DNA of 42,428 nt from Candidatus Krumholzibacteriia bacterium (GCA_036478295.1 JAZGDW010000017.1:1-42428), one strand, 5' to 3'; positions 6,807 to 16,386 are shown, counted from the stretch's first letter. Numbers and translations: made by a program. Notes: generated by a model not told the origin, from the letters alone.

Positions 6807-9590
6807 ATGGCCATTGAGAAAATAAAGAAGCGAAACGGCACCGTCGTCGAATTCAAACGCGACCTGATCGAACGGGCAATGGACAAAGCGTTTCGCGCGA
6901 GTGGCGTGGCGATTCAACACGAGATTCTCGAGACAATTACCGATGAAATCATCGAGATTCTCGAGAGCCGGTTCATCGAACGCATACCGGACGTCGAGGA
7001 CGTCCAGGATCTGGTCGAGAAGAAACTCGCGGACCACAGCTATTTCGCGGTGTCAAAGGTCTACATTCTCTACCGCCGTGAGCACCAGACGCTGCGCGAA
7101 GACCGCAGAAACGAAATCCTAGAAAAAATCGAAAGGCGCGATCTCAGCGTCCGAAAGCGCAGCGGTGACAGTGAGCGATTCGACGTACGGGACATCGAAG
7201 AGGCGATCGCCAACAGCTGCCGCGGCTTCGAGGGACAGGTGGACGTCGTCGGGATCATCCGCGACACCAAGCTCGCCGTCTTCGACGGGATCAGCACGCG
7301 CGAGATCAACCAGGCGATCATCATGGCGATGCGCGCGCGTATCGAGAAGGACCCGGCCTACTCGCTGGTGGCGGCGCGTTTTCTCTTCAACGATCTATAC
7401 AAGGACGTTATCGGCATCAACGAGTTCGACGACAACTTCGAAGAAATCTACAAACGATCCTTCAAGGAAAAGCTTCGTTACGGTGTCGAGGCCGGCCGCC
7501 TCGACCCTCGGCTGCTCGAGTTCGACCTCGATCGCATGTGCCAAGCGATAGCGCCGGAAAAAGACCGGCTGCTGCACTACCTTGGCGCCCAGGTTCTCTA
7601 CGACCGTTATTTCCTGAAGGATCTCGATCAGAAGATAATGGAAAACCCGCAGTACTTCTGGATGCGCGTGGCGATGGGACTGGCGCTCGGAGATAAGGAT
7701 CCTGAAGCGCGCGCCATTGATTTCTACGAAACGATCTCGTCGTTGCTCTATGTGCCCTCGACGCCGACCTTGTTTCACTCGGGAACGAAACACGCGCAGA
7801 TGAGCTCGTGCTACCTGACGACGGTCGAAGACGAATTGTCGCACATCATGAAAGCCATCTCGGATAACGCCCAGCTCTCCAAGTGGTCCGGCGGGCTCGG
7901 CAACGACTGGACGAACATCCGCGCGACCGGTTCGCTGATCAAGAGCACGAACGTGGGCAGCCAGGGCGTCGTGCCCTTCTTGAAGATAGTCGACGCCACC
8001 ACGGCGGCCATCAACCGCAGCGGCAAGCGCCGTGGTGCGACCTGCGTCTACCTGGAAACGTGGCACTACGATATCGAAGATTTTCTCGAACTGCGCAAGA
8101 ACACCGGCGACGAGAGGCGCAGAACCCACGACACCAACACGGCCAACTGGATTCCGGATCTTTTCATGAAGCGCGTGATGGACAAGGAGGAATGGACGCT
8201 CTTCTCGCCCGATGAGACACCGGACCTGCACCACTTGTACGGCAGGGCGTTCGATGAACGCTACCGGGAGTACGAGCGCATGGCCGCGGACGGCCACATC
8301 AGGCTCTTTCGCAAGATCGAAGCGCGGGAGCTGTGGCGCAAGATGATTACGATGCTCTACGAGACCGGCCACCCGTGGATCACGTTCAAGGACCCCAGCA
8401 ATATCCGCTCGCCCCAGGATCACGTGGGCGTCGTACACAGCTCGAACCTGTGCACCGAGATCACGCTGAACACGTCGGCGGAGGAAACGGCGGTCTGCAA
8501 CCTCGGTTCGATAAATCTCTCCCACCACGTAGACGGGGACCGGCTGGACACGGAGAAGCTCGCGGCGACCGTGGCGACTGCCATGCAAATGCTGGACAAC
8601 GTAATCGATCTGAATTTCTACCCGACCGAAGAGGCGCGAAACGCCAACCTGCGCCACCGCCCCGTCGGGCTCGGAGTGATGGGCGTGCAGGATACGCTCT
8701 ACAGGTTAGGTATGAGGTTCGACAGCGACGAGGCTATGGCATTCTCCGACCGCACCCAGGAGTTTATCTCGTACCACGCCATCCTCACTTCGTCGCGCCT
8801 GGCCGCGGAGAAGGGCACCTACGGGAGCTACAAAGGTTCCAAGTGGGACCGCGGTATTCTCCCCCTGGATACGATGGCGCTGCTCGAGGAGGAAAGAGGG
8901 ATCAAGACAGGGTTGGACCTGAGCCCCCGGATGGACTGGACTCCCGTGCGCGACCATGTCTCGCAGCACGGCATGCGCAACTCGAATTGCATGGCCATCG
9001 CTCCGACAGCGACCATCGCGAATATCGCGGGCTGTTTTCCTTCGGTCGAGCCCATCTACAAGAACATCTACGTCAAGTCCAACTTCAGCGGCGAGTTCAC
9101 CATCATCAACCGATACCTGGTCGACGATCTCAAGAAACTCGGCCTGTGGAACAACGAGATGAGCGAAAAACTCAAGTATTACGACGGCAGCGTTCAGAGC
9201 ATCGCCGAGATCCCCGAGTCTCTCAAATTGAAATACAAGGAAGTTTTCGAGATCGAACCCAAGAGTATCGTCATGCACGGCGCTCTGCGCGCAAAGTGGA
9301 TCGATCAGAGCCAGTCGATCAACATCTTTACGGCGAGCACCTCGGGCAAGTTCATCTCGGATATCTACCAGTACGCGTGGCGCATGGGACTGAAGACGAC
9401 GTACTACTTGAGGACCCTGGGAGCTTCGGGCATTGAAAAGAGCACCCTGGACGCGAGCAAGAAGTACGACGACGCCCTGCGCCCCGAGGACATTCCGGCG
9501 CTTCCAGACGCTCCGATCGAGGTGCCGGCAACTGCGGTCGTATCCTCGCAGTGTCTTATGGACGATCCGACGTGCGAAGCTTGTCAGTAA
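6807..9590 (+). CDS. nrdA: Class I ribonucleotide reductase alpha subunit with two N-terminal ATP cones (NrdAz-like)
   Basis: IKKRNG and VRKRSG ATP cones, PSTPTLFH, QMSSCYL, SSNLCTEI (thiyl Cys), AVCNLGS, IAPTATI, KTTYYLR, C-terminal CEACQ. ATG 6807 with AAGGAG. Confidence 0.97.
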   Translation: MAIEKIKKRNGTVVEFKRDLIERAMDKAFRASGVAIQHEILETITDEIIEILESRFIERIPDVEDVQDLVEKKLADHSYFAVSKVYILYRREHQTLREDRRNEILEKIERRDLSVRKRSGDSERFDVRDIEEAIANSCRGFEGQVDVVGIIRDTKLAVFDGISTREINQAIIMAMRARIEKDPAYSLVAARFLFNDLYKDVIGINEFDDNFEEIYKRSFKEKLRYGVEAGRLDPRLLEFDLDRMCQAIAPEKDRLLHYLGAQVLYDRYFLKDLDQKIMENPQYFWMRVAMGLALGDKDPEARAIDFYETISSLLYVPSTPTLFHSGTKHAQMSSCYLTTVEDELSHIMKAISDNAQLSKWSGGLGNDWTNIRATGSLIKSTNVGSQGVVPFLKIVDATTAAINRSGKRRGATCVYLETWHYDIEDFLELRKNTGDERRRTHDTNTANWIPDLFMKRVMDKEEWTLFSPDETPDLHHLYGRAFDERYREYERMAADGHIRLFRKIEARELWRKMITMLYETGHPWITFKDPSNIRSPQDHVGVVHSSNLCTEITLNTSAEETAVCNLGSINLSHHVDGDRLDTEKLAATVATAMQMLDNVIDLNFYPTEEARNANLRHRPVGLGVMGVQDTLYRLGMRFDSDEAMAFSDRTQEFISYHAILTSSRLAAEKGTYGSYKGSKWDRGILPLDTMALLEEERGIKTGLDLSPRMDWTPVRDHVSQHGMRNSNCMAIAPTATIANIAGCFPSVEPIYKNIYVKSNFSGEFTIINRYLVDDLKKLGLWNNEMSEKLKYYDGSVQSIAEIPESLKLKYKEVFEIEPKSIVMHGALRAKWIDQSQSINIFTASTSGKFISDIYQYAWRMGLKTTYYLRTLGASGIEKSTLDASKKYDDALRPEDIPALPDAPIEVPATAVVSSQCLMDDPTCEACQ

Positions 9591-9672
9591 CCCCGGTACG
9601 CTCCGGCAACCTGCGCGCGCACCCATTTGTTTTGTTTCCGAACACCCCTTATCGGGCAAAGAAAGGACATCC

Positions 9673-10689
9673 ATGGCCCCAGGACGAAATGAGAAAACGC
9701 TGATCAACTGCTCGTCGACCGATCCCAACAAGATTCTGCCCATGAAATACAAGTGGGCGCGCGACCACTACAAGACCGGTGTTGCCAACAACTGGACTCC
9801 CGAAGAAGTAAACATGCAAAAGGACGTGGAGATGTGGCGGAGTCCAACGGCGCTGACCGCGGATGAGAAGCGGCTCGTACTGTGGAACATGGGTTTCTTC
9901 TCGACGGCGGAGAGCTTGACGGCCAACAACATCGTGCTCGCCATCTACCGGCACATCACCAACCCGGAGTGTCGCCAGTACCTGCTGCGCCAGGGCTACG
10001 AGGAAGCGGTCCATACAGACACGTTCATCTACTGCTGCGACACGCTGGGTCTCGATCCCGAAGAAGTTTACAATATGTACCTCGACATTCCGAGCATTCG
10101 CAAGAAGGACGAGTTTGTCATCGAAATCACAAAGTCGATTCTCGACCCCGGCTTCACCACACAGGGCACCGAGAACGTGCAACGTTTCGTGCATGACCTG
10201 GTGGGGTACTACTTGATTATGGAAGGCATCTTTTTCTACGCGGGATTCGTCATGATGCTGTCCTTTCTGCGGCAGAACAAGATGGTTGGCGTCGGTGAAC
10301 AGTTCCAGTTTATCTTGCGCGATGAATCGGTCCACCTCACCTTCGGCACCGATCTAATCAACACCATCGTCCAGGAGAACCTCGACATCTGGACGGAGCC
10401 GTTCAAGGCCGAGATTACGAAGAACGTCGCCCGAGCGGTCGAGCTCGAGTACGATTACGCGAAGGACTGCCTGCCCAAGGGAATCCTCGGGCTCAACGCC
10501 GACGTTATCAACGAGTACATCCAGTACATCGCGGACCGCCGCCTGGAGAAGATCGGCCTGCCCAAGCTCTACGGCTCGAAGAATCCATTTCCGTGGATGA
10601 GCGAAGTGATTGATTTGCGCAAGGAAAAAAACTTCTTTGAAACGCGGGTAACCGAATACCAGTCCGGCATGCTCAACTGGGACGACTAG
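9673..10689 (+). CDS. nrdB: Ribonucleotide reductase beta subunit, class Ic (R2c)-type
   Basis: NNWTPEEV, FFSTAESL, EEAVHTDTF, MEGIFFYAGF, RDESVH, NPFPW, NFFETRVTEYQ. Start reassigned to ATG 9673 (AAAGGA). Confidence 0.95.
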   Translation: MAPGRNEKTLINCSSTDPNKILPMKYKWARDHYKTGVANNWTPEEVNMQKDVEMWRSPTALTADEKRLVLWNMGFFSTAESLTANNIVLAIYRHITNPECRQYLLRQGYEEAVHTDTFIYCCDTLGLDPEEVYNMYLDIPSIRKKDEFVIEITKSILDPGFTTQGTENVQRFVHDLVGYYLIMEGIFFYAGFVMMLSFLRQNKMVGVGEQFQFILRDESVHLTFGTDLINTIVQENLDIWTEPFKAEITKNVARAVELEYDYAKDCLPKGILGLNADVINEYIQYIADRRLEKIGLPKLYGSKNPFPWMSEVIDLRKEKNFFETRVTEYQSGMLNWDD

Positions 10690-10745
10690 CGGCGGGATCG
10701 GCGGTGCGCCCGCAACGGGTCCGTCAACAACCGAACAGCGTAGCC
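10689..10745 (-). repeat. Intergenic repeat, copy A (inverted relative to copy B)
   Basis: Its reverse complement shares three collinear blocks with 12186-12258: GGCTACGC (8/8), TTGTTGACGGACCCGTYGCGGG (21/22) and CGCCGATCSCGCCGC (14/15). Confidence 0.85.
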
Positions 10746-10763
10746 GCGGTAAAGTTGGCAAAC

Positions 10764-10798
10764 AAAAAAGCCCGCCGGGTTCTCCGGGAGGCTTTTTT
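10764..10798. terminator. Bidirectional intrinsic terminator between convergent nrdB and the thioredoxin-fold gene
   Basis: AAAAAAGCC-cg-CCGG-gttct-CCGG-ga-GGCTTTTTT: GC stem flanked by A6 and T6. Confidence 0.85.
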
Positions 10799-10842
10799 GC
10801 TGCGGGGTCAGCGGGATGTCGAGTTGGCGTTGTCTGCCCTTG

Positions 10843-11412
10843 CTAGCCCCTGGCCGGCTGCTTCAACAGGCGGTCGATAAGAGAGACCGCCTGCGCCGAC
10901 TGGATCGAAAAGCCGTTGAACCGCACGTAGCCATTGCGGTCGATGATGACCGCCCACGGCGTTCCCCCCGCCCGGTAACGTCTCATGACGACAGAGCCCG
11001 CACCGTTGCCTGCATCGTGACCGACCGGAATATCGAGATCGAACTGATCGACGGTCGATTTGGCCTTGTGTGACGTGTTGACCTGGTAGCCTTCAAAAAC
11101 CGTTTGAATCGCGACAAAAACGACGTCCTCGTTGTCTTGATAGTGTGCCTCGACGGCCTGCAGGGTCGGAAATCCGTGGGAATGGCACCCGGGACACCAC
11201 GACTGAAATCCGAACAGGTAGACTATCTTGCCCCTGAAATCGGACACCTCGATGCGCTCTACCCCTTCGCCCAGGTTGTACCATTCGCCGACACCCCAAT
11301 TGGGGGCTTTTTGGCCCAGGATTCCGTACGAACTACGTTGCGATATCGAGATTCCAGGCATGGTCGTCACCGCCGCGACCAGGGTGGCTGTCAGAATCAA
11401 TCGTTTCAGCAT
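10843..11412 (-). CDS. Exported thioredoxin-fold redoxin (TlpA/AhpC-TSA-like)
   Basis: Signal peptide; GQKAP; FRGKIVYLFGFQSWCPGC (CxxC); GTPWAVIIDRNG (cis-Pro loop). Confidence 0.88.
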   Translation of the reverse strand: MLKRLILTATLVAAVTTMPGISISQRSSYGILGQKAPNWGVGEWYNLGEGVERIEVSDFRGKIVYLFGFQSWCPGCHSHGFPTLQAVEAHYQDNEDVVFVAIQTVFEGYQVNTSHKAKSTVDQFDLDIPVGHDAGNGAGSVVMRRYRAGGTPWAVIIDRNGYVRFNGFSIQSAQAVSLIDRLLKQPARG

Positions 11413-11602
11413 TCGTAGCTTCCTCCTCCGGCAACTGTTGGATTAGACGGTATGCGTGGCATTCCCTTACACCGTCCGCGTTGCGTGGACGGCGGCATGC
11501 GTTTATGCTATGCTCCTGACACAAGCTTGGGTGGGTCGCTGGTCGCGACCCGCGCCGGCTCGACTCCACCTCCCCCAGCCGGTTTCTTTGAAACGAGGCC
11601 TC

Positions 11603-12154
11603 ATGAAAAGATTGCTATTCGCCGCGTGCATAGTTGTGGCACTTCCGGTCGTGGCGCTTGCCCAGACAGGGCAAATCGGTCTGTTCGCCGATCCCGGCGG
11701 CAACGGCTGCACAGTGACGGACAACTCGCCCGGGCCCATTACTGTCTACGTGGTCCTCACCGACCACGGGGGCGCCGGCGCCTGCGATTTCATGGTTCAG
11801 CCGGGTCCCGGGTTCTTGGGGTCGTGGGTCTCCGATACGTGGATCTTCGCGACTACACAGGGCACCTCGGACAAGGGCATTTCAATTATTTTTGGAAGTT
11901 GCGAGCCGACGCCCACCCACGTCCTGACCATCAATTACGTGGGCGCCGGCACGTCATCGCCGTGCAGTTCGATCGACGTCGTGGGCAACACCAACGTGAC
12001 CCCGCCGTCTCCCTCGATTACCTCCTGCGTCGGCTCGAAGAACCCGGTACCGGTAAGGTCCGTCGTCGTCAATCCCGACGTTACGTGCAACTGCATCGTG
12101 CCCGTGGAAGAAACCACCTGGGGCCGGATCAAAGCGCTCTACCACGGGGACTAG
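11603..12154 (+). CDS. Secreted Cys-rich hypothetical protein with C-terminal VPVEETTWGRIKALY tail
   Basis: ATG 11603 after GAGG; signal peptide MKRLLFAACIVVALPVVALA-Q; beta-rich body with several Cys. Confidence 0.85.
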   Translation: MKRLLFAACIVVALPVVALAQTGQIGLFADPGGNGCTVTDNSPGPITVYVVLTDHGGAGACDFMVQPGPGFLGSWVSDTWIFATTQGTSDKGISIIFGSCEPTPTHVLTINYVGAGTSSPCSSIDVVGNTNVTPPSPSITSCVGSKNPVPVRSVVVNPDVTCNCIVPVEETTWGRIKALYHGD

Positions 12155-12185
12155 CCTCAATGCGTCAAAAAGAATCGCTGTGTGT

Positions 12186-12269
12186 GGCTACGCCGGGCGC
12201 TATCGGATTGTTGACGGACCCGTCGCGGGACCAAGTGGTGGTGCGCCGATCGCGCCGCGGCGGGTAGCC
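12186..12269 (+). repeat. Intergenic repeat, copy B, folding into a long imperfect hairpin
   Basis: GGCTAC/GTAGCC, GCCG/CGGC, GGCGC/GCGCC and ATCGG/CCGAT pair in a nested fashion; homologous to 10689-10745. Confidence 0.8.
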
Positions 12270-12337
12270 GAGCGAAGTGGAGCACGGCGACGGAGGCAAT
12301 CCAACACCGCCCCGCCGCGCACCGTGACCGCAACGCT

Positions 12338-13162
12338 TCAATGCTCCCGCGACTGGAGCCATTCCACATAGGCCCACATCGCATCCAGGTCGCCGGGCTG
12401 CAGGTGTCGCTCGAACGCGGGCATGTGGATGGTGGCGCGGTCGAGGTACACGCGCGCAAACGGGCTCTTGTCGAAACGGTCGCTGATTCCCTTCAACACC
12501 CACTGGTCGAACTCTTCACGGTCCCGCACCAGCTCCGGAAAATCTTCCCCGTCCCAGGAAGGAATGTAACCCTTGAGCGAGCCCGGATTGGGTGGCGAAA
12601 AGCGGCCGCCCGGACCGTGGCAGCCGAAACACCCCAACTCGCGAGCGCGGTCGTAGCCCTTCTCTTGCAGAGGCGTGGCAAGTGATCTTGCACCGCCCGC
12701 AGCCTTGACGAAGGCGACGAGGTCATCGATTTCGAGGTCGGTCAGTTTGTCGCCGAAGGCCGGCATCGAGATAGCGCCGGCGTCGCGCTCCGCCTGCCAT
12801 TGCTTGCTGTTCGCCCTGTCCTCCGGCACGCCATCGCGGATCCACTGGCGGACCTCCGTATCCTCGTGCGAGGCGTGGTCGTGGTCCGCATCCTCGACAT
12901 GACCGCCGTCTTGTGTTTCGTCGGGATCTTCGTCTTGCCCGGCAAAGCCCGGGACGTTGCCCTCACGACGCCCGGCATTCGGCACGCCGCCGAGGCCGCC
13001 CGGACCGTGGCAGGCGAAGCACCCTTCACGTTCGGCGATGCGACGCCCACGCTCGACCGGCGGCAGGTGGGTATGAAACAGAGTCGCACGCAGGACTACC
13101 GCGGCGGCAATCCCCAGGACGATGACGATCGAACTCGAGGTAATGAGAAGGCGGCGGTTCAT
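12338..13162 (-). CDS. Membrane-anchored or exported diheme c-type cytochrome
   Basis: N-terminal hydrophobic helix; CFACH and CFGCH, each followed by a distal MPAF; two homologous halves. Confidence 0.9.
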   Translation of the reverse strand: MNRRLLITSSSIVIVLGIAAAVVLRATLFHTHLPPVERGRRIAEREGCFACHGPGGLGGVPNAGRREGNVPGFAGQDEDPDETQDGGHVEDADHDHASHEDTEVRQWIRDGVPEDRANSKQWQAERDAGAISMPAFGDKLTDLEIDDLVAFVKAAGGARSLATPLQEKGYDRARELGCFGCHGPGGRFSPPNPGSLKGYIPSWDGEDFPELVRDREEFDQWVLKGISDRFDKSPFARVYLDRATIHMPAFERHLQPGDLDAMWAYVEWLQSREH

Positions 13163-13213
13163 CGCGTTCCTTTCAGCGGCAAATCGCGTGTATGTTACCG
13201 CATTCCCTATTCC

Positions 13214-13242
13214 TTGACAGTTTTTTTTGATTGCCTCATTCT
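13214..13242 (+). promoter_or_regulatory. Sigma-70-type promoter for the DUF4153-MFS pair, with a T8 run in the spacer
   Basis: TTGACA-17 nt (GTTTTTTTTGATTGCCT)-CATTCT. Confidence 0.5.
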
Positions 13243-13291
13243 CCTCCAGTAAACCGCGATCGCGGGTGTCGGCCGAACGGGCAGGAGTCGT

Positions 13292-15103
13292 TTGAAGCGA
13301 TTCACCTCATTGAGATTGCTGGTATCGGGGGCGTCTGCCACCTTTCTGCGCTTTCCGCTGGTGCTGACGACCGCCGCAGTGGCGGCCGCGAGCGCGCTCG
13401 CCCTCGTGGAGGACAGCGATAACGCGCTCCCCTTGCGCATCCTTCTCACCTCACAGCTCGGGATTCCGCTGTTCTTTGCGCTCAGTATTTTCACGGAAAG
13501 CCACCGGTGGAGCCGGCCGAAGCATGTCCTGCTTCTCCTCGGTGGGCTGGGCGCGCTGGCCACCTACTTCGTCTTGCTGCCCGACTGGGTGACGCCCGCC
13601 GCCGGCATACGTTACGCGCAGTTCAACGCCGGCCTGCACCTCCTCGTCGCGTTTCTGCCCTTTGCCCGCACGAACCAGATCAACGGATTCTGGCAATACA
13701 ACAAGAGCCTGTTCTTGAGATTCCTCATCGCCGTGTTCTATTCGGGAGTGCTCTACGTGGGGCTGGCCGTCGCCCTGGCCGCGATCGACAAGCTGCTCGG
13801 CGTCGACGTGGAAGGCGAGAGCTACCTGCGGCTGTGGATCGTCATCGCGGCGGTTTTCAATACCTGGTTCTTTCTCGGCGGCGTGCCAGAGGACCTGCCC
13901 GCACTCGAAGACGTGAAGGATTATCCCAAAGGACTGAAAGTCTTCACCCAGTACATTCTGATCCCGCTGATCGTCGTGTATCTCGCCATACTGACCCTGC
14001 ACCTGGGCAAGATCGTCGTGACCCGCGAGTGGCCGAGCGGATGGCTTGGATATCTTGTTTCCAGCGTCGCCACCGCGGGCATTCTGGCCATGCTACTGGT
14101 TCATCCGGTCAAAGGTGAAACGGGGAACAAATGGGTAGGGTCGTTCTCGCGCTGGTTCTATATTTTGCTGAGCCCGTCCATCATCATGCTGCTCCTGGCC
14201 ATCTGGAAACGCATCGACCAGTACGGGTTCACGGAAAAGCGCTATTTTCTGCTGCTGCTCGCCGTGTGGCTCGCCGCGATTTCCATTTACTTCGTGTTCA
14301 GCCGCAGCAGGAACATCAAGGTGATACCGGCGAGCCTGTGCATCATCGCCTTCGCTACCGCCTACGGGCCGTGGGGAGCCTCATCGGTGTCCCGGCGAAG
14401 CCAGACGGGCCGTCTGGAAAATGTTCTGGTCGAAGCCGGTCTGCTCGCCGGCGGCCGCATCGGCAGAGCCACGGAAGAAGTGCCCTTCGACGACCGCAAG
14501 GAAATCACCGCCATACTCACGTTCCTTATCGAAAACCAGGGTACACGGGGCATCGAACCGTGGTTCGGCGAGGCCTTCGCCGAACTCGATACCCTGCAGC
14601 AATCCACGGCGCCCTGGGGACGCTCGACGGCACCCCGGGTGCGTGCGCTCATGACCCACATGGGTCTCGAGTACGTCCCTAAATGGCAGAGTATCGAGCG
14701 CGGGAATTTTTATTTCAACATCGACCACGGTGACCGGACCTATGCGATCGATGCCGCCGACTACTACGTCAAGCTCACTCGTCCCGCCGAGTCGCACTAC
14801 ATCATTCCCGCGCCGGGCGACACCCTTTCCCTCGTTTTCGACACGGACCGTTCCAGCTTCGAGATCCGCCGCGACGGCGAGACCGTGATCGCACTGGCGC
14901 TGGCGCTGTTGTTCGAGCAGGTGGCAGGCCACAAACAGGCGTCTCCCAACACCACCCGCTTTCCACCCGAGGTCATGCGTATCGAGGGCGAGAACGATCG
15001 AGCGAGGATGATCATTTACTTCAATTCCATTTCGGGCGACATCGAGGGCGAACGCCGGAGTGCGCGGCACTTCGACGCCGATTGTTTCATCAAATTGAAA
15101 TGA
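13292..15103 (+). CDS. DUF4153-type polytopic membrane protein
   Basis: RFPL start motif, GFWQYNKSLFLRF, YILIPL, RIDQYGFTEKRY, GPWGASSVSRRSQ; about 11 TM helices plus a soluble C-terminal domain. Confidence 0.8.
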   Translation: MKRFTSLRLLVSGASATFLRFPLVLTTAAVAAASALALVEDSDNALPLRILLTSQLGIPLFFALSIFTESHRWSRPKHVLLLLGGLGALATYFVLLPDWVTPAAGIRYAQFNAGLHLLVAFLPFARTNQINGFWQYNKSLFLRFLIAVFYSGVLYVGLAVALAAIDKLLGVDVEGESYLRLWIVIAAVFNTWFFLGGVPEDLPALEDVKDYPKGLKVFTQYILIPLIVVYLAILTLHLGKIVVTREWPSGWLGYLVSSVATAGILAMLLVHPVKGETGNKWVGSFSRWFYILLSPSIIMLLLAIWKRIDQYGFTEKRYFLLLLAVWLAAISIYFVFSRSRNIKVIPASLCIIAFATAYGPWGASSVSRRSQTGRLENVLVEAGLLAGGRIGRATEEVPFDDRKEITAILTFLIENQGTRGIEPWFGEAFAELDTLQQSTAPWGRSTAPRVRALMTHMGLEYVPKWQSIERGNFYFNIDHGDRTYAIDAADYYVKLTRPAESHYIIPAPGDTLSLVFDTDRSSFEIRRDGETVIALALALLFEQVAGHKQASPNTTRFPPEVMRIEGENDRARMIIYFNSISGDIEGERRSARHFDADCFIKLK

Positions 15104-16386
15104 CCCCGATGCCTCAATTAGCAAACCGAAAAAGTGTCTACGCCTGGGCATTTTACGATTGGGCCAACTCCGCCTTCGCCACCACCGTTATCGCCGGATT
15201 CTTCCCCATTTTCTTCAAACAATTCTGGAGCACGGGAGCCGACGTGACGGTGAGCACCCTGCGCCTGGGCACGGCCAATTCCGTGGCCAGCATCGTGGTC
15301 GCGTTTCTGGCGCCTTTCCTGGGCGCGATCGCGGACAAGGGCAGCGCCAAGAAACGCTTTCTCTTTTTCTTCGCCCTCATGGGCATCATCATGACAGCCG
15401 GTCTGTGCCTTGTCTCTCGCGGCGACTGGCAACTGGCGATCGCGGTCTTTGTCGCCGCCAGCATCGGGTTTTCCGCGAGTATTATATTTTATGACTCGCT
15501 GCTGGTAAGCGTCGCGGGCCGGCGCATGGACTACGTGTCGGCCCTGGGCTACTCGCTCGGCTATCTCGGCGGCGGTTTGCTCTTCGGCCTCAACGTAACC
15601 ATGACGCGGAACCCGCACTGGTTCGGGCTGAGCGACGCCTCACAAGCGGTGCGCCTTTCTTTCGTTCTTGTTGCCTTGTGGTGGGCGGTGTTCTCCATTC
15701 CCATAATGCTTTTCGTCAAGGAACCGCAGACCCCGACCCTCCGGGCATGGGATACGATAAGGGCGGGATTGAGCCAACTGCGCCGCACGTTCGACGACCT
15801 CCGGCAGCTTCGCGTGGTGTTTCTTTTTCTTATCGCGTATTTCCTTTATATCGACGGCGTACAGACCATCGCGCGCATGGGCGTGGACTACGGTCTTTCC
15901 CTCGGCTTCGAGGCCAACAGTCTCATTGTCGCGCTTCTCATCACCCAGTTCGTCGGGTTTCCGGCGGCGCTCGTCTTCGGCAAACTCGGCGAGAAGATCG
16001 GAGCGAAGACCGGCATATACATCGGCATCGCCGTCTACATCGGAGCGTGTGTCTTCGGATTCTTCATGAAGACTGTGAGCGACTTCTACATTCTGGCCAT
16101 CACCATCGGTCTGGTGCAGGGCGGCGTGCAGGCGCTCAGCCGTTCGCTTTACTCGACCCTGATCCCCCGCAACAAGGCCGCCGAGTTCTTCGGCTTCTAT
16201 AACATGCTGGGCAAGTTCTCCACCATGGTAGGTCCACTGCTGATGGGATGGGTGGGCGTGCTCACCGGCAACCCGCGATTCTCGGTGCTCTCCGTGGCCA
16301 TCCTCCTGATCGCCGGCTGGCTGCTGCTCGTACCGGTTAATGTAGCGGGGGGCCGCCGGGCCGCCGCGGAGATGGAAGCGCGTTGA
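15100..16386 (+). CDS. MFS transporter, UMF1/Atg22-like family
   Basis: WAFYDWANSAF, LGAIADKG, SALGYSLGYLGG, ALSRSLYS, EFFGFY; ATGA overlap with the upstream gene. Confidence 0.9.
   Translation: MTPMPQLANRKSVYAWAFYDWANSAFATTVIAGFFPIFFKQFWSTGADVTVSTLRLGTANSVASIVVAFLAPFLGAIADKGSAKKRFLFFFALMGIIMTAGLCLVSRGDWQLAIAVFVAASIGFSASIIFYDSLLVSVAGRRMDYVSALGYSLGYLGGGLLFGLNVTMTRNPHWFGLSDASQAVRLSFVLVALWWAVFSIPIMLFVKEPQTPTLRAWDTIRAGLSQLRRTFDDLRQLRVVFLFLIAYFLYIDGVQTIARMGVDYGLSLGFEANSLIVALLITQFVGFPAALVFGKLGEKIGAKTGIYIGIAVYIGACVFGFFMKTVSDFYILAITIGLVQGGVQALSRSLYSTLIPRNKAAEFFGFYNMLGKFSTMVGPLLMGWVGVLTGNPRFSVLSVAILLIAGWLLLVPVNVAGGRRAAAEMEAR

Noticed and set aside
9433..9672. N-terminal extension of NrdB, or an nrdA-nrdB frameshift fusion
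   Set aside because: nrdA ends normally in CEACQ-stop and nrdB has its own RBS and ATG at 9673.
10843..11412. Redoxin as the RNR reductant or as a selenoprotein
   Set aside because: It has an export signal and is convergent to nrdAB; both CxxC residues are Cys codons with no in-frame TGA.
11493..11508. Sigma-54-like CGGCATGCGTTTATGC upstream of the TWG-tail gene
   Set aside because: The GG-to-GC spacing is one base too long.
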